Source: Myxococcota bacterium (GTDB lineage Bacteria; Myxococcota_A; UBA9160; SZUA-336). Taken from it: DNA of 64,000 nucleotides. The notes beneath the pieces were generated by a model. It was not told the DNA's origin and did no database searches. It saw nothing but the letters and a program-made list of their open reading frames with translations. Below, in pieces: positions 1-9,178 of the stretch (the first letter of the stretch is position 1; every line of letters begins with the position of its first letter). The stretch is taken from the NCBI GenBank assembly GCA_965247115.1, contig CBDFGR010000003.1:2208001-2272000 (forward strand), given 5' to 3'. The translations under genes were made by a program, and so were the position numbers.

Positions 1-525
1 GAGTGCCAGCTGGCCCCGAGGTGTGAGTGTCGAGAAGAAGATCGTGTCGAAGCGGCGCGGCACGTCCTCTGGGGTGATCCAGTGTGCGTGGGCTGCGAGC
101 AGGTCGGCGGCGAGGTCGAGGCCTTCTTTCTCGATCAGCTCACGAAAGGGAGTTTTTCCGCTTTGGACCTCGAGCCGGTGCTGCGCCAGTGCCGTTGCGC
201 CGGCCGCGTCGATCAGCCCGGCGGAACCGCGCCTGCGGGCGAGCAGGATCCCGGACTCCTCGAACGTCTCGCGGATCGCGGCCACGAAGAAGCCAAGCGC
301 CAGCTTCTCGTCGATCGTCGGCAGCGCGGCGCTGGCCTGCTCCGCGCTGAGCCCGCTTACGTGCTCGGCGATCTCGTGATCCTGATCTTCCACGCGTCCG
401 CCGGGAAAGACGTACATGTCGGGGAGGAACTGGCTCCTGGAATGGCGCTCGAGCATCAGCACCTCGGGCGACACAGGTCCGTCGCGGAACAGGATCACGG
501 TGGCAGCTGGGACGGGCCTTGGCAT
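1..525 (-). CDS. NUDIX hydrolase (partial, 3' end runs off window)
   Basis: Manual translation from ATG at 525: MPRPVPAATVILFRD...VLMLERH...YVFPGGRVE...AAIRETFEESG...HWITPEDVPRRFDTIFF. Preceded by GAGGGAG SD. Not in the ORF track because it is open at the edge. Confidence 0.85.
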   Translation of the reverse strand, partial: MPRPVPAATVILFRDGPVSPEVLMLERHSRSQFLPDMYVFPGGRVEDQDHEIAEHVSGLSAEQASAALPTIDEKLALGFFVAAIRETFEESGILLARRRGSAGLIDAAGATALAQHRLEVQSGKTPFRELIEKEGLDLAADLLAAHAHWITPEDVPRRFDTIFFSTLTPRGQLAL

Positions 526-573
526 GGTGCTCCCTCACCGCCATCCTACGCGTTTCCCTGATAGAATTGATGG

Positions 574-1119
574 ATGGGGGGAGCCGCAAGCGAGCCCAAG
601 CTGCGAGAGATCTACTCCGCGCAGCACGTTCGCGAACGCATCGACTCGATCGGTGCCGCAGTGGAAGCCGATTACGCCGAACTGACGAGCGCACCGCTGC
701 TGGTCGTGATCGCGGAGGGAGCGATCCGCTTTGCCACCGGCCTGGCCGAGAGTATGAAACGGCGTGGGCTGGTGCCCGAGATGCGCGTGGTGCGCGCGCG
801 GCGGACGGTAGGGACGCGGCTTGGGGAGGTAGAGGTCGAGCACATGGATCCCGAGGTGTTCCGCGGCCGCGACGTGATCGTTACCGATGACATCGCCGAC
901 GAGGGCCGCACACTCGCAGCGGTAATGGAGCTCGTCGGCTCCGGTGCCCCCGCATCGGTGCGCGTGGCCGTTCTCGTCAACAAGCTCTCACGCCGCAGCA
1001 CCACCCTGCAGCTCGACTACGTAGGCTTCGAGATCTCGGACGGCTGGGTCGTCGGCTATGGAATGGACCTCGACGGCGTCTACCGCGACCTCGACTGCTT
1101 AGCGATCATAGATTCCTAG
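574..1119 (+). CDS. hpt: hypoxanthine/purine phosphoribosyltransferase
   Basis: PRPP-binding motif VIVTDDIADEGRT, plus LDYVGFEI and WVVGYGMD...YRDL. Confidence 0.8.
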   Translation: MGGAASEPKLREIYSAQHVRERIDSIGAAVEADYAELTSAPLLVVIAEGAIRFATGLAESMKRRGLVPEMRVVRARRTVGTRLGEVEVEHMDPEVFRGRDVIVTDDIADEGRTLAAVMELVGSGAPASVRVAVLVNKLSRRSTTLQLDYVGFEISDGWVVGYGMDLDGVYRDLDCLAIIDS

Positions 1120-1168
1120 CCCTGATCCGGCGTGGGCCTACCTCCGACTCCTTGCGTACACCACGTGA

Positions 1169-1888
1169 CTAGACCTGCAGCAGGATCGCGGTGACGTTGT
1201 CGGGGCTGCCGAGCTCGTTGGCGCGGGCGATGAGCTTGTTGATGGCGGCGTCGAGATCGGGTTCGGACGCGAGCTCGGCGATCTCCGCAGCGGGCACCAG
1301 GTCGTGCAGGCCGTCCGTCGAGAGCAGGAGGCGGGCGCCGCGCGCGATTCGCGCCTGGAGCAGCTCCGGCTCGACCGAGCCCTGTACGCCGACGGCGCGC
1401 GTGATGACGTTGCGATCCGGGTGCTGCCAGGCCTCCGCTTCGCTGATCACCCCGCTCTTTTGGAGGATCGCCACGAGTGTGTGGTCGGTCGTGAGTTGCT
1501 TCAGGTTCCCATCCTTCAGCCGGTACACGCGTGTATCGCCGACGTGCGAGATCACCGCGGTGCGACCGCGGAACTTGAGTGCGGTGAGCGTCGTGCCCAT
1601 GCCGCGCAGATCCCGTTCCGACGCGGCGCGATTCACCGCCTCGTTCGCCTCGAGGACCGCGTGACAGAGAATGGGGCCCTCGTCCTTGATGCGGCGGGCT
1701 GGCAGACGGCTGCGGTACACGGAGATCACGGTCTCTACGGCCACGGCGCTGGCGACCTCGCCGGCAGCGTGGCCGCCCATCCCGTCAGCGATCACGAACA
1801 GATCGAGCTCGGTGATAGCGTGCGCGGCGTCCTCGTTGTTGTCGCGCTGGATCCCCGTATCGGAGTGCAGCGCGTAAGGAACGCTCAT
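1169..1888 (-). CDS. PP2C-family Ser/Thr protein phosphatase
   Basis: NNED, ADGMGGHAAGEVAS, GMGTT, HVGDTR, STDGL, DNVT motifs. True start MSVPY at 1888 overlaps the GNAT stop. Confidence 0.9.
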   Translation of the reverse strand: MSVPYALHSDTGIQRDNNEDAAHAITELDLFVIADGMGGHAAGEVASAVAVETVISVYRSRLPARRIKDEGPILCHAVLEANEAVNRAASERDLRGMGTTLTALKFRGRTAVISHVGDTRVYRLKDGNLKQLTTDHTLVAILQKSGVISEAEAWQHPDRNVITRAVGVQGSVEPELLQARIARGARLLLSTDGLHDLVPAAEIAELASEPDLDAAINKLIARANELGSPDNVTAILLQV

Positions 1889-2478
1889 GCCGGCTCTCCG
1901 TTGCGGGTCAGCGGCTTCGGCCGCAGCAGGGCGTACTGGATGTGATCCAGGTAGCGACCGTTGACGAACTCGACCTCGCGGGCGATGCCCTCTCGCTCGA
2001 AGCCGAGCTTGTCGACCACCCGCTGGCTCGCATGGTTCTCCAGCGCCACGTGCGCCTCGAGACGATGAAGGTGGTAGACCTGGAAGCCACGGTCGACAAG
2101 GGCGCCGACGGCCTCGGTGGCGATCCCCTTGCCCCAGCTGGACCGACGAATCCAGTAGCCGACCCCGGCGGAGCGTCGGATCCAGTCGATCCGATGCAGA
2201 CTGGTGATGCCGAGCAGGTCTCCCTTGTGTAGATCCTCGATGATGAACTCGTAGGCTCCCCGCCGGGCCAGCGTCGCGCGCGCCCCGCGCAGGTAGCGAC
2301 GCGTGTCTGCGCGTCGGTGTCCATCGTGCGCCCAGGGTAGCCACTGCACCAGGTCCGGCAGGGTCTCCATGATGCCTTCGTGCAGCGCGCCGACATCCGT
2401 GCGCCTGGGAGCGCGCAGCCTGAGACGGCGCGTGACGAGCTCACCTACCGCCGCTTCATCCGCAACAAAAACGCTCAC
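1885..2478 (-). CDS. RimJ/RimL-type GNAT N-acetyltransferase
   Basis: GYWI...WGKGIATEAV and ENHASQRVVDKLGFEREG motifs. Confidence 0.85.
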   Translation of the reverse strand: MSVFVADEAAVGELVTRRLRLRAPRRTDVGALHEGIMETLPDLVQWLPWAHDGHRRADTRRYLRGARATLARRGAYEFIIEDLHKGDLLGITSLHRIDWIRRSAGVGYWIRRSSWGKGIATEAVGALVDRGFQVYHLHRLEAHVALENHASQRVVDKLGFEREGIAREVEFVNGRYLDHIQYALLRPKPLTRNGEPA

Positions 2479-2497
2479 TCCGTACCACTCGACTCGC

Positions 2498-4747
2498 TCA
2501 GGCCCCGAGGCGGAGCTGCGCGTACTTGAGCATGATGGTCTTCATGCCGACTCGGTCAAACCGTATCCTGAGTTTCGTAGACTCCCCGGCGCCCTCCACC
2601 CGCTGGATCGTGCCAGCACCGAAGATCGGATGCTCCACGCGCATCTCCTGTTCCAGAGGCGGAAGCTCGTCGGCCCCCCACTGGCCCTCACTGTAGTCCA
2701 CGGTGATACCAGAGTGCTCGTCCAAAGTCCTCTCGCGCAAAGGAGGGGGCGGCATGGGCGCCCGGTGGCCTGCCCTGGGGAGCGATCCGCGGATCAGCTC
2801 GGGTGGGATCTCGGACAGAAAGCGACTGGGCTCGTTGTAGCGGATCGTGCCGTGCATCCGACGCAGGACCGCGTTACTGAGCGAGAGCCGTGACTCGGCG
2901 CGCGTCATTCCCACGTAACAGATACGCCGCTCCTCCTCCAAGGCTGCCGGATCGTCCAGCGAAGCGAAGTGGGGGAAGAGATGCTCCTCCATGCCCACGA
3001 TGAACACGTTCGGAAACTCGAGACCCTTTGCGACGTGGACGGTCATGAGCGCGATGCGATCTTCTCCCTCCTCCAGCGTGTCGGCCTCGGAGAGGAGCGT
3101 CACCTGCTCCAGGAAAAGGTCGAGGAGGCTTCGTTCCGCCTGGTCTCCGAACGCATCCTCCGCGGGCTCCTCACTGTTCTGGCGCTCGAACTCCTCGATC
3201 GCGGAGAGGAGCTCCTTCAGGTTCTCGGCGCGAACCTCGGCTTCGAGCGTACCCTCGCTCTCGAGCTTCTGGAGGTAGCCGCTGCGATCCAGAACGTACG
3301 CGAGCAGCTGCTCGATCGAGCCCCCGGATTCGTGCGCGCGGAGCTCGTTCATCAGCTGGAGAAATCGTTCAACGGAGCGGCCCTGCGCGCCGCGCAGGAG
3401 CTGCTCGCTCGTCGCTCGCTCGAGCGCCTGCCATACACTCGACTGGGTCTCCTGCGCCAGGGCCAGGATGCGCTCGATCGTGCCTCGCCCGATTCCCCGT
3501 GTCGGAGTGTTGATGATCCGCAGCAGGCTCTCCGCGTCCCCGGGGTTGTTGAGCACGCGCAGGTAGGCCAATGCATCCTTGACCTCTGCGCGGTCGTAGA
3601 AGCGCGTCCCGCCGACCACGACGTAGGCAACGTTGTACTTGAGCAGCTCCTCTTCCAGCGGTCGGGACTGGGCGTGCGTGCGGTAGAAGATCGCGCTGTC
3701 ATTGAGCGGCGTTCCGGACTCTCGCAGGCGCAACAGCTCTCCCACCACGTAGGCCGCCTCTGCACGCTCGTCCGCTGCCTCGTAGAAGCGGACGGGCTCA
3801 CCGCCGGCCTTGTCCGTGTAGAGCTTCTTCCCCTTGCGGTCGACGTTGTGCGACACGACAGCGCTGGCGGCATCGAGGATCGCCTGGGTCGAGCGGTAGT
3901 TCCGCTCCAGACGCACCACCGCCGCACCGGGGAAGTCCTTCTCGAAGCCGAGGATGTTGCGAATGTCGGCCTCGCGAAACGCGTAGATGGACTGGTCCTC
4001 GTCTCCTACGACACAGAGGTTGCGGTGGTCCGCGGTGAGCTGACGCAGGAACTGGTACTGGATCGGGTTCGTGTCCTGGTACTCGTCCACCAGCACGTAG
4101 CGCCAGCGCCGCTCGTAAGCCGCGAGCACGCCGGGATAGCTCTGAAAGAGCCGGGTGGTCAGCAGGATGAGATCGCCGAAGTCGAGGGCGTTCGAGCGGC
4201 GCAGCTCGGTCTGATAGCGCTGGTAGATATCTCCGATCTGCTGCGCTTCGAAGCCGGTCTCGCCGGCCAGATCGGCGGGCAGTAGCCCGCGATTCTTCAG
4301 GCGATCGATCTGCGCGCGCACGCCGGCGGGCGGGTACGCCTTCTCGTTGATCTTCATGCTGCGCAGCACGCGCTTGACCAGGTGTAGCGAGTCCGCCTGG
4401 TCGTAGATCGCGAAGTTCGATTCGTAGCCGAGATGCGAGATGTCGCGTCGCAGGATCCGTACACAAGTCGAGTGGAAGGTCGCTACCCAGACGCCTCTGG
4501 TCTCGTCGTCGAGCAGCGAGTATACGCGCTCCCGCATCTCGCGCGCCGCCTTGTTCGTGAACGTGACCGCGAGGATCTCCCACGGTCGGGCTTTGCCGGT
4601 CTCGATCAGCCAGGCGATCCGATGCGTGAGCATGCGGGTCTTGCCGCTGCCAGCACCGGCGAGGACCAGCAGGGGACCTTCGGTGTGCTGAACCGCCTTG
4701 CGCTGTTCCGGATTCAGTCCAGAGACGATCTGCTCGCTACCCGCCAA
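2498..4747 (-). CDS. uvrD: UvrD/PcrA ATP-dependent DNA helicase
   Basis: LAGAGSGKT, TFTNKAA, VDEYQDTN, VGDEDQSIY, NYRST, AKGLEF, EERR..YVGMTRA, C-terminal Tudor-like domain. Confidence 0.95.
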   Translation of the reverse strand: MAGSEQIVSGLNPEQRKAVQHTEGPLLVLAGAGSGKTRMLTHRIAWLIETGKARPWEILAVTFTNKAAREMRERVYSLLDDETRGVWVATFHSTCVRILRRDISHLGYESNFAIYDQADSLHLVKRVLRSMKINEKAYPPAGVRAQIDRLKNRGLLPADLAGETGFEAQQIGDIYQRYQTELRRSNALDFGDLILLTTRLFQSYPGVLAAYERRWRYVLVDEYQDTNPIQYQFLRQLTADHRNLCVVGDEDQSIYAFREADIRNILGFEKDFPGAAVVRLERNYRSTQAILDAASAVVSHNVDRKGKKLYTDKAGGEPVRFYEAADERAEAAYVVGELLRLRESGTPLNDSAIFYRTHAQSRPLEEELLKYNVAYVVVGGTRFYDRAEVKDALAYLRVLNNPGDAESLLRIINTPTRGIGRGTIERILALAQETQSSVWQALERATSEQLLRGAQGRSVERFLQLMNELRAHESGGSIEQLLAYVLDRSGYLQKLESEGTLEAEVRAENLKELLSAIEEFERQNSEEPAEDAFGDQAERSLLDLFLEQVTLLSEADTLEEGEDRIALMTVHVAKGLEFPNVFIVGMEEHLFPHFASLDDPAALEEERRICYVGMTRAESRLSLSNAVLRRMHGTIRYNEPSRFLSEIPPELIRGSLPRAGHRAPMPPPPLRERTLDEHSGITVDYSEGQWGADELPPLEQEMRVEHPIFGAGTIQRVEGAGESTKLRIRFDRVGMKTIMLKYAQLRLGA

Positions 4748-4753
4748 GAGGCC

Positions 4754-6586
4754 TTACTCGACCGTTACACTCTTTGCGAGGTTGCGGGGTTGATCCACGT
4801 CCGTCCCCTTCATGGTGGCAACGTGGTAGGCGAGCATCTGGAGCGGCACCGTCGCCAGGACGGAGCCGTGCGCCTCGGGTGCCTTCGGCACCGCGATCAC
4901 GTCATCGGCATGGTTCGCGGCGTCGCGATTGTCCTGCTCGACCACGGCGATGACGGTGCCACCGCGTGCGCGGACCTCTTCTGCGTTCGAGATCACCTTC
5001 TGGTAGACCGAGGGCTGATTCGCGACGATCACCACGGGGACGTCCTCGTCGACGAGCGCGATCGGCCCGTGCTTCATCTCGCCCGAGGCGTAGCCTTCGG
5101 CGTGAATGTAGGAGATCTCCTTGAGCTTGAGTGCGCCCTCGAGCGCTACCGGGAAGCCGTAGCCGCGCCCGAGAAACAGGAAGTCCCGGGCGTTCACGTA
5201 CTTGCGCGCGATGCTCTCGGTCAGCGACCAGAGGCCGAGCGTCTCTTCCACCAGGCGCGGCAGACGCCGCAGCGCCTCGACCTCGTCGCGGATCTGAGCC
5301 CGGGTGAGCGTGCCGCGTTCGCTCGCGAGCGCGAGCGCGATCAGGTGCAGGGCCACGACCATCGACGTGAAGCACTTCGTCGACGCGACGCAGATCTCGG
5401 GGCCGGCATGCATGTAGAGGACCGAGCCCGCCTCACGAGCAATTGTGCTCTCCTGTCCGTTGCAGATCGCGAGCGAACGCGCGCCGAGGCGTTCCCCCTG
5501 GCGCAACGCCGCGAGGGTGTCCGCGGTCTCGCCCGATTGGGAGACGGGGATGATCATGTGTTCTCGGGTGAGGAGGGGGTCGCGGTAGCGAAACTCGCTG
5601 GCGAAATCGACGTCGCACGGAATCCGCGCCATGCGCTCGATCATCAGCCTCCCGAGCAGGCAGGCGTGCCAGGCCGTCCCGCAGGCCACCAGCTGGATTC
5701 CGCGCAGATTGCGCACGAAGTCGGGATCCAGCTCGATGCCGTCGAGGGAGACGCTGTCGTCCTCGAGCAGGCGCGACGCGAGCGTGTCGGAGATCGCTCG
5801 CGGCTGCTCGAAGATCTCCTTCTGCATGAAGCGGTCGTAGCCGCCTTTCTCCGCCTGCACGGGGTCCCACTGGATGTGTCGCTGGTCGCGCTCGATCAGC
5901 GCTCCCCCGAAAGTCGAGATCTCCACACCCGCCCGGCTCACGAGGCCGATCTCCTCGTCTTCCAGGATCAACACGTTTCGCGTATAGGGCAGGATGGTCG
6001 GGATGTCGGAGGCGACGAACTGCTCCCCATCGCCGAGGCCCACGACGATCGGGTTTCCGCCGTTCTTCGCGATCACGATCTCGTCGAGGGCGTTCTCATC
6101 GATGACGGCGATAGCGTAGGAGCCGTCCAGGTGGCGCACCGCGGCGCGCACCGCCTCGAGAAATGGCGCGCCCCGCTTTCGTTCCTCGCTGATCAGGTGC
6201 GCGATGATCTCCGTATCCGTGTCGGAGTTGAACGTGCAGCCGCGTCCGAGAAGCTCCTCGCGTAGCCCGTGGTAGTTCTCGATGATGCCGTTCCCGACGA
6301 CGGCGACGTTGCCCGCAACGTGCGGGTGTGCGTTCTGCTCCGAAGGCTTGCCGTGCGTGGCCCAGCGCGTGTGGCCGATGCCGACGGTCCCGCCGACCGG
6401 CACGTCACGCAAGGCGGATTCCAGGTTCACGAGCTTGCCGACGGCGCGCACCACACGCAGCTTCCCGTCCTCCAGCACTGCCATCCCTGCTGAGTCGTAG
6501 CCTCGGTATTCGAGCCGGCGCAGCCCATCGAGAATGACGTCCTGGGCGCGTTCCGCGCGGCCGATGTATCCGACGATTCCGCACAT
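4754..6586 (-). CDS. glmS: glutamine-fructose-6-phosphate aminotransferase
   Basis: MCGIVG, LEYRGYDSAG, HTRWATHG, SQSGETADT, PRNLAKSVTVE. Confidence 0.97.
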   Translation of the reverse strand: MCGIVGYIGRAERAQDVILDGLRRLEYRGYDSAGMAVLEDGKLRVVRAVGKLVNLESALRDVPVGGTVGIGHTRWATHGKPSEQNAHPHVAGNVAVVGNGIIENYHGLREELLGRGCTFNSDTDTEIIAHLISEERKRGAPFLEAVRAAVRHLDGSYAIAVIDENALDEIVIAKNGGNPIVVGLGDGEQFVASDIPTILPYTRNVLILEDEEIGLVSRAGVEISTFGGALIERDQRHIQWDPVQAEKGGYDRFMQKEIFEQPRAISDTLASRLLEDDSVSLDGIELDPDFVRNLRGIQLVACGTAWHACLLGRLMIERMARIPCDVDFASEFRYRDPLLTREHMIIPVSQSGETADTLAALRQGERLGARSLAICNGQESTIAREAGSVLYMHAGPEICVASTKCFTSMVVALHLIALALASERGTLTRAQIRDEVEALRRLPRLVEETLGLWSLTESIARKYVNARDFLFLGRGYGFPVALEGALKLKEISYIHAEGYASGEMKHGPIALVDEDVPVVIVANQPSVYQKVISNAEEVRARGGTVIAVVEQDNRDAANHADDVIAVPKAPEAHGSVLATVPLQMLAYHVATMKGTDVDQPRNLAKSVTVE

Positions 6587-6598
6587 GGTCCCTCTCCT

Positions 6599-7990
6599 CT
6601 ACTCGTCGTCGGAGCCGAAGCGGCGCTTGCGCCAGCCCTCGATGTTGCGCTGGCGTGCGCGGGCAACAGCCAGCGCGGCCCCTGGAACTTGCTTGGTGAT
6701 CGTCGAGCCTGCGGCGACGTAGGCCTCGGACTCGACCTCGACAGGCGCGATCAAGTTCGCGTTGCAGCCCACGAACGCACCATCGCCGATCGTGGTGCGG
6801 TGCTTCTCGATCCCGTCGTAGTTCACGGTAATCGCCCCGCAGCCGATCGTGACACCAGAGCCCACGTCGGCGTCTCCAATGTAGGAGAGGTGATCCGCCT
6901 TCGTGCCGCGCCCGAGCCTGGAGTTCTTGACCTCCACAAAGTTACCGACGCGCACCTCGTCAGAGAGCTCCGTGCCGGGACGCAGGTGAGCGGATGGACC
7001 CACCTCGCAGTTGTTGCCGATCCGCGCCTGCTCGACAAAGCAGTGTGGCTTGAGCGAGACGCCATCGCCGAGCGCCGAGTCGTCGACGATGCAGCCCGCA
7101 TCGATCTGGCAGCCCGCGCCGATCCGGGTCGCGCCGCGCAGCATGGTCCCCGGTGCGACCACGGTATCGGGACCGATCTCCACATCGGCCTCGATGTAGG
7201 TCTGTCCCGGGTCGATCAGGGTCACGCCCTCGCGCATCCAGCGCTGCGCAATGCGCTCACGCATGCATGCCTCTGCCCGCGCCAGCTCGGCTCGCGTATT
7301 CACGCCAAGGGCCTCGTTCCAGTCTTCTACGGCGTGGCTCGCGACGCGGCGTCCGCAGCTCGACGCCTGCTCGACCATGTCGGTCAGGTAGAACTCTCCC
7401 TTCTGGTTCGTGTTGTCGATCTGCTCGAGCGACGCGAACAGGAGCTCTGCGTCCGCCACGTAGACCCCGAGGTTGACCTCGTGGATGGCGCGGATCTCGT
7501 TCGACGCGTCGAGCGCCTCGACGATCCGCTCGGGTCGGCCATCCGCTCCCCGCACGATCCGGCCGTATGCGTCGGGCTCGGGCGAGTCGGCCACGAGCAG
7601 CGCCAGGTCGGCCGACTCCGCGCGGTAGGTGTCCAGGAGCCCGGCCAGGCTGTGGGGGCGGAGCAGCGGATGATCCCCGTTCATGACCACGATGGGTCCA
7701 GCGTGCTCTTCCAGGATGGAGCGGGCCTGCAGCGCGGCGTGGCCCGTGCCGAGCTGCTCCGCCTGGCGGACGAGCTCGACCTCCTGCTCCGCGAGCGCCT
7801 CGCGCAGCGCCTCCTCGCCGCTCCCTACGACCACGACGACTCGCTTTGCGCCGACCTCGCGGCCGAGGCGCAGTGCGTGGAGCAGGATCGGCCGCCCGCA
7901 GACCGGGTGGAGCACCTTCGGCAGACGTGAGCGCATGCGCGTGCCTTCCCCTGCGGCCAGGATGATCAGCGCGAGCTCGCCTGCGGCCAT
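6599..7990 (-). CDS. glmU: bifunctional UDP-GlcNAc pyrophosphorylase / glucosamine-1-P N-acetyltransferase
   Basis: ILAAGEGTRMRS..PKVLH, EQLGTGHA, GNFVEVK, HLSYIGDA, hexapeptide repeats. Start taken at ATG 7990 behind AGGAG. Confidence 0.95.
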   Translation of the reverse strand: MAAGELALIILAAGEGTRMRSRLPKVLHPVCGRPILLHALRLGREVGAKRVVVVVGSGEEALREALAEQEVELVRQAEQLGTGHAALQARSILEEHAGPIVVMNGDHPLLRPHSLAGLLDTYRAESADLALLVADSPEPDAYGRIVRGADGRPERIVEALDASNEIRAIHEVNLGVYVADAELLFASLEQIDNTNQKGEFYLTDMVEQASSCGRRVASHAVEDWNEALGVNTRAELARAEACMRERIAQRWMREGVTLIDPGQTYIEADVEIGPDTVVAPGTMLRGATRIGAGCQIDAGCIVDDSALGDGVSLKPHCFVEQARIGNNCEVGPSAHLRPGTELSDEVRVGNFVEVKNSRLGRGTKADHLSYIGDADVGSGVTIGCGAITVNYDGIEKHRTTIGDGAFVGCNANLIAPVEVESEAYVAAGSTITKQVPGAALAVARARQRNIEGWRKRRFGSDDE

Positions 7991-8045
7991 CACGTCTCCT
8001 CGGTTCGGCTGGGGAGCAGGAGGTCTGAGGGTACCGGCGTCTCGC

Positions 8046-9068
8046 TCATGCCACCACGAGGAAGTCCTCGCCTTCACGGAGCTCGCGCGCGCGGAGGTGC
8101 GTACGGATCTCGTCACGCGCTCCCCTGCTCGCCACCGCGACGAGCAGACGCAGTCCCTCGGCACGCCAGGAGGCCATTCGTGTCGTGAGCCGGTCAGGGG
8201 AGAAGACGGGAATCCCCATCCACGTGGTCCCGATCCGGCGCGGGTTCACATCGAGCAGGGTACGGGTGGGGAGGCCCTCGGCCTCGAGCAGCCGGACCAG
8301 ACGGCGACCGGTCCGCCCGGCCCCCCAGACGACGGCGGCGGGCATGGGGTGCAGCCTGGGCAGGAAGTGGGCCTTGACCCGCGCGAAGGCCTCTCGCTTG
8401 TAGTCAGGAGAGACGCGCGACATGCGCCCTGGGTGATCACGCCAGCGGTGCAGCACCCGACCGAGCTTCCCGACGCCGGCACCCGACTCGAGCATGCGGT
8501 AGAGCAGGTCCAGGTCCTCGGGCCAGCCCCGCTCGCGATAGCCTCCAAGCTTGCGAATCACGTCGCGGCGAAAAGTCCAGGTGGGGTGAGGGATAGGGCA
8601 CTCCACGAAGACCTGGCGCACGATCTCTTCCGGCTCCACCAGGCGGTTCACCCACTCCGCGTAGATCCGATAGCCCTCGCCAAGGCCACCGCGCCGGAAG
8701 CACTCGACCTGGCAGCCGACCAGGCAGTGCTGCGGATGGCGCTCGAGGTGCTCCGCCTGAGCCGAAAGGCGCTCGGGCAGCATCTCGTCGTCCGCGTCCA
8801 TTCGCGCCACCAGCGGGGCGCGCGCGCGCTCGAGCCCGGTGTTGAGGGCAGCTACGATGCCTCTGGGAGGCGTGTGGATCACGCGGAGGCGTACGTCTGC
8901 GGCCGCCGCCTCGTCGAGGAGCTTCGCGCTCGCGTCGTCGGACCCATCATCGATGCAGATCAGCTCGAGCTCGACCGCGCGGCTGGCGAGCACGGAGGCG
9001 AGCGCCGCCTCGAGCGTCTCGGCGGCGTTCCTGACCGGCATGACGACACTGATGCCCGGATGCGCCAC
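8046..9068 (-). CDS. glycosyltransferase family 2
   Basis: ISVVMPVRNA, IDDGSDD, ARMDADD, PEDLDL, C-terminal WGAGRTGR. Start uncertain (GTG 9068). Confidence 0.85.
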   Translation of the reverse strand: MAHPGISVVMPVRNAAETLEAALASVLASRAVELELICIDDGSDDASAKLLDEAAAADVRLRVIHTPPRGIVAALNTGLERARAPLVARMDADDEMLPERLSAQAEHLERHPQHCLVGCQVECFRRGGLGEGYRIYAEWVNRLVEPEEIVRQVFVECPIPHPTWTFRRDVIRKLGGYRERGWPEDLDLLYRMLESGAGVGKLGRVLHRWRDHPGRMSRVSPDYKREAFARVKAHFLPRLHPMPAAVVWGAGRTGRRLVRLLEAEGLPTRTLLDVNPRRIGTTWMGIPVFSPDRLTTRMASWRAEGLRLLVAVASRGARDEIRTHLRARELREGEDFLVVA

Positions 9069-9178
9069 GGGCCACACTCTACTTGACCCACGCTTCCGGG
9101 CATCCGTACAGTCACTGTGGTTGCGAGAAGTGGCGTCCCCGGGTTGAAGCGCGCTCGCAGCCCCGAGAGGGGGAGGCA

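Noticed and set aside
2969..6265. Long + strand ORFs (438 and 610 aa) opposite uvrD and glmS, and similar antisense ORFs elsewhere (34284-36248, 36049-37659, 56093-58063)
   Set aside because: Shadow ORFs expected from high-GC codon bias; no motifs, and they fully overlap confident genes
6280..6310. GlmS VVGNGIIEN instead of the usual VVHNGIIEN as a sign of inactivation
   Set aside because: Cys1, the Asn-Gly oxyanion residues and all other motifs are intact; probably a lineage variant
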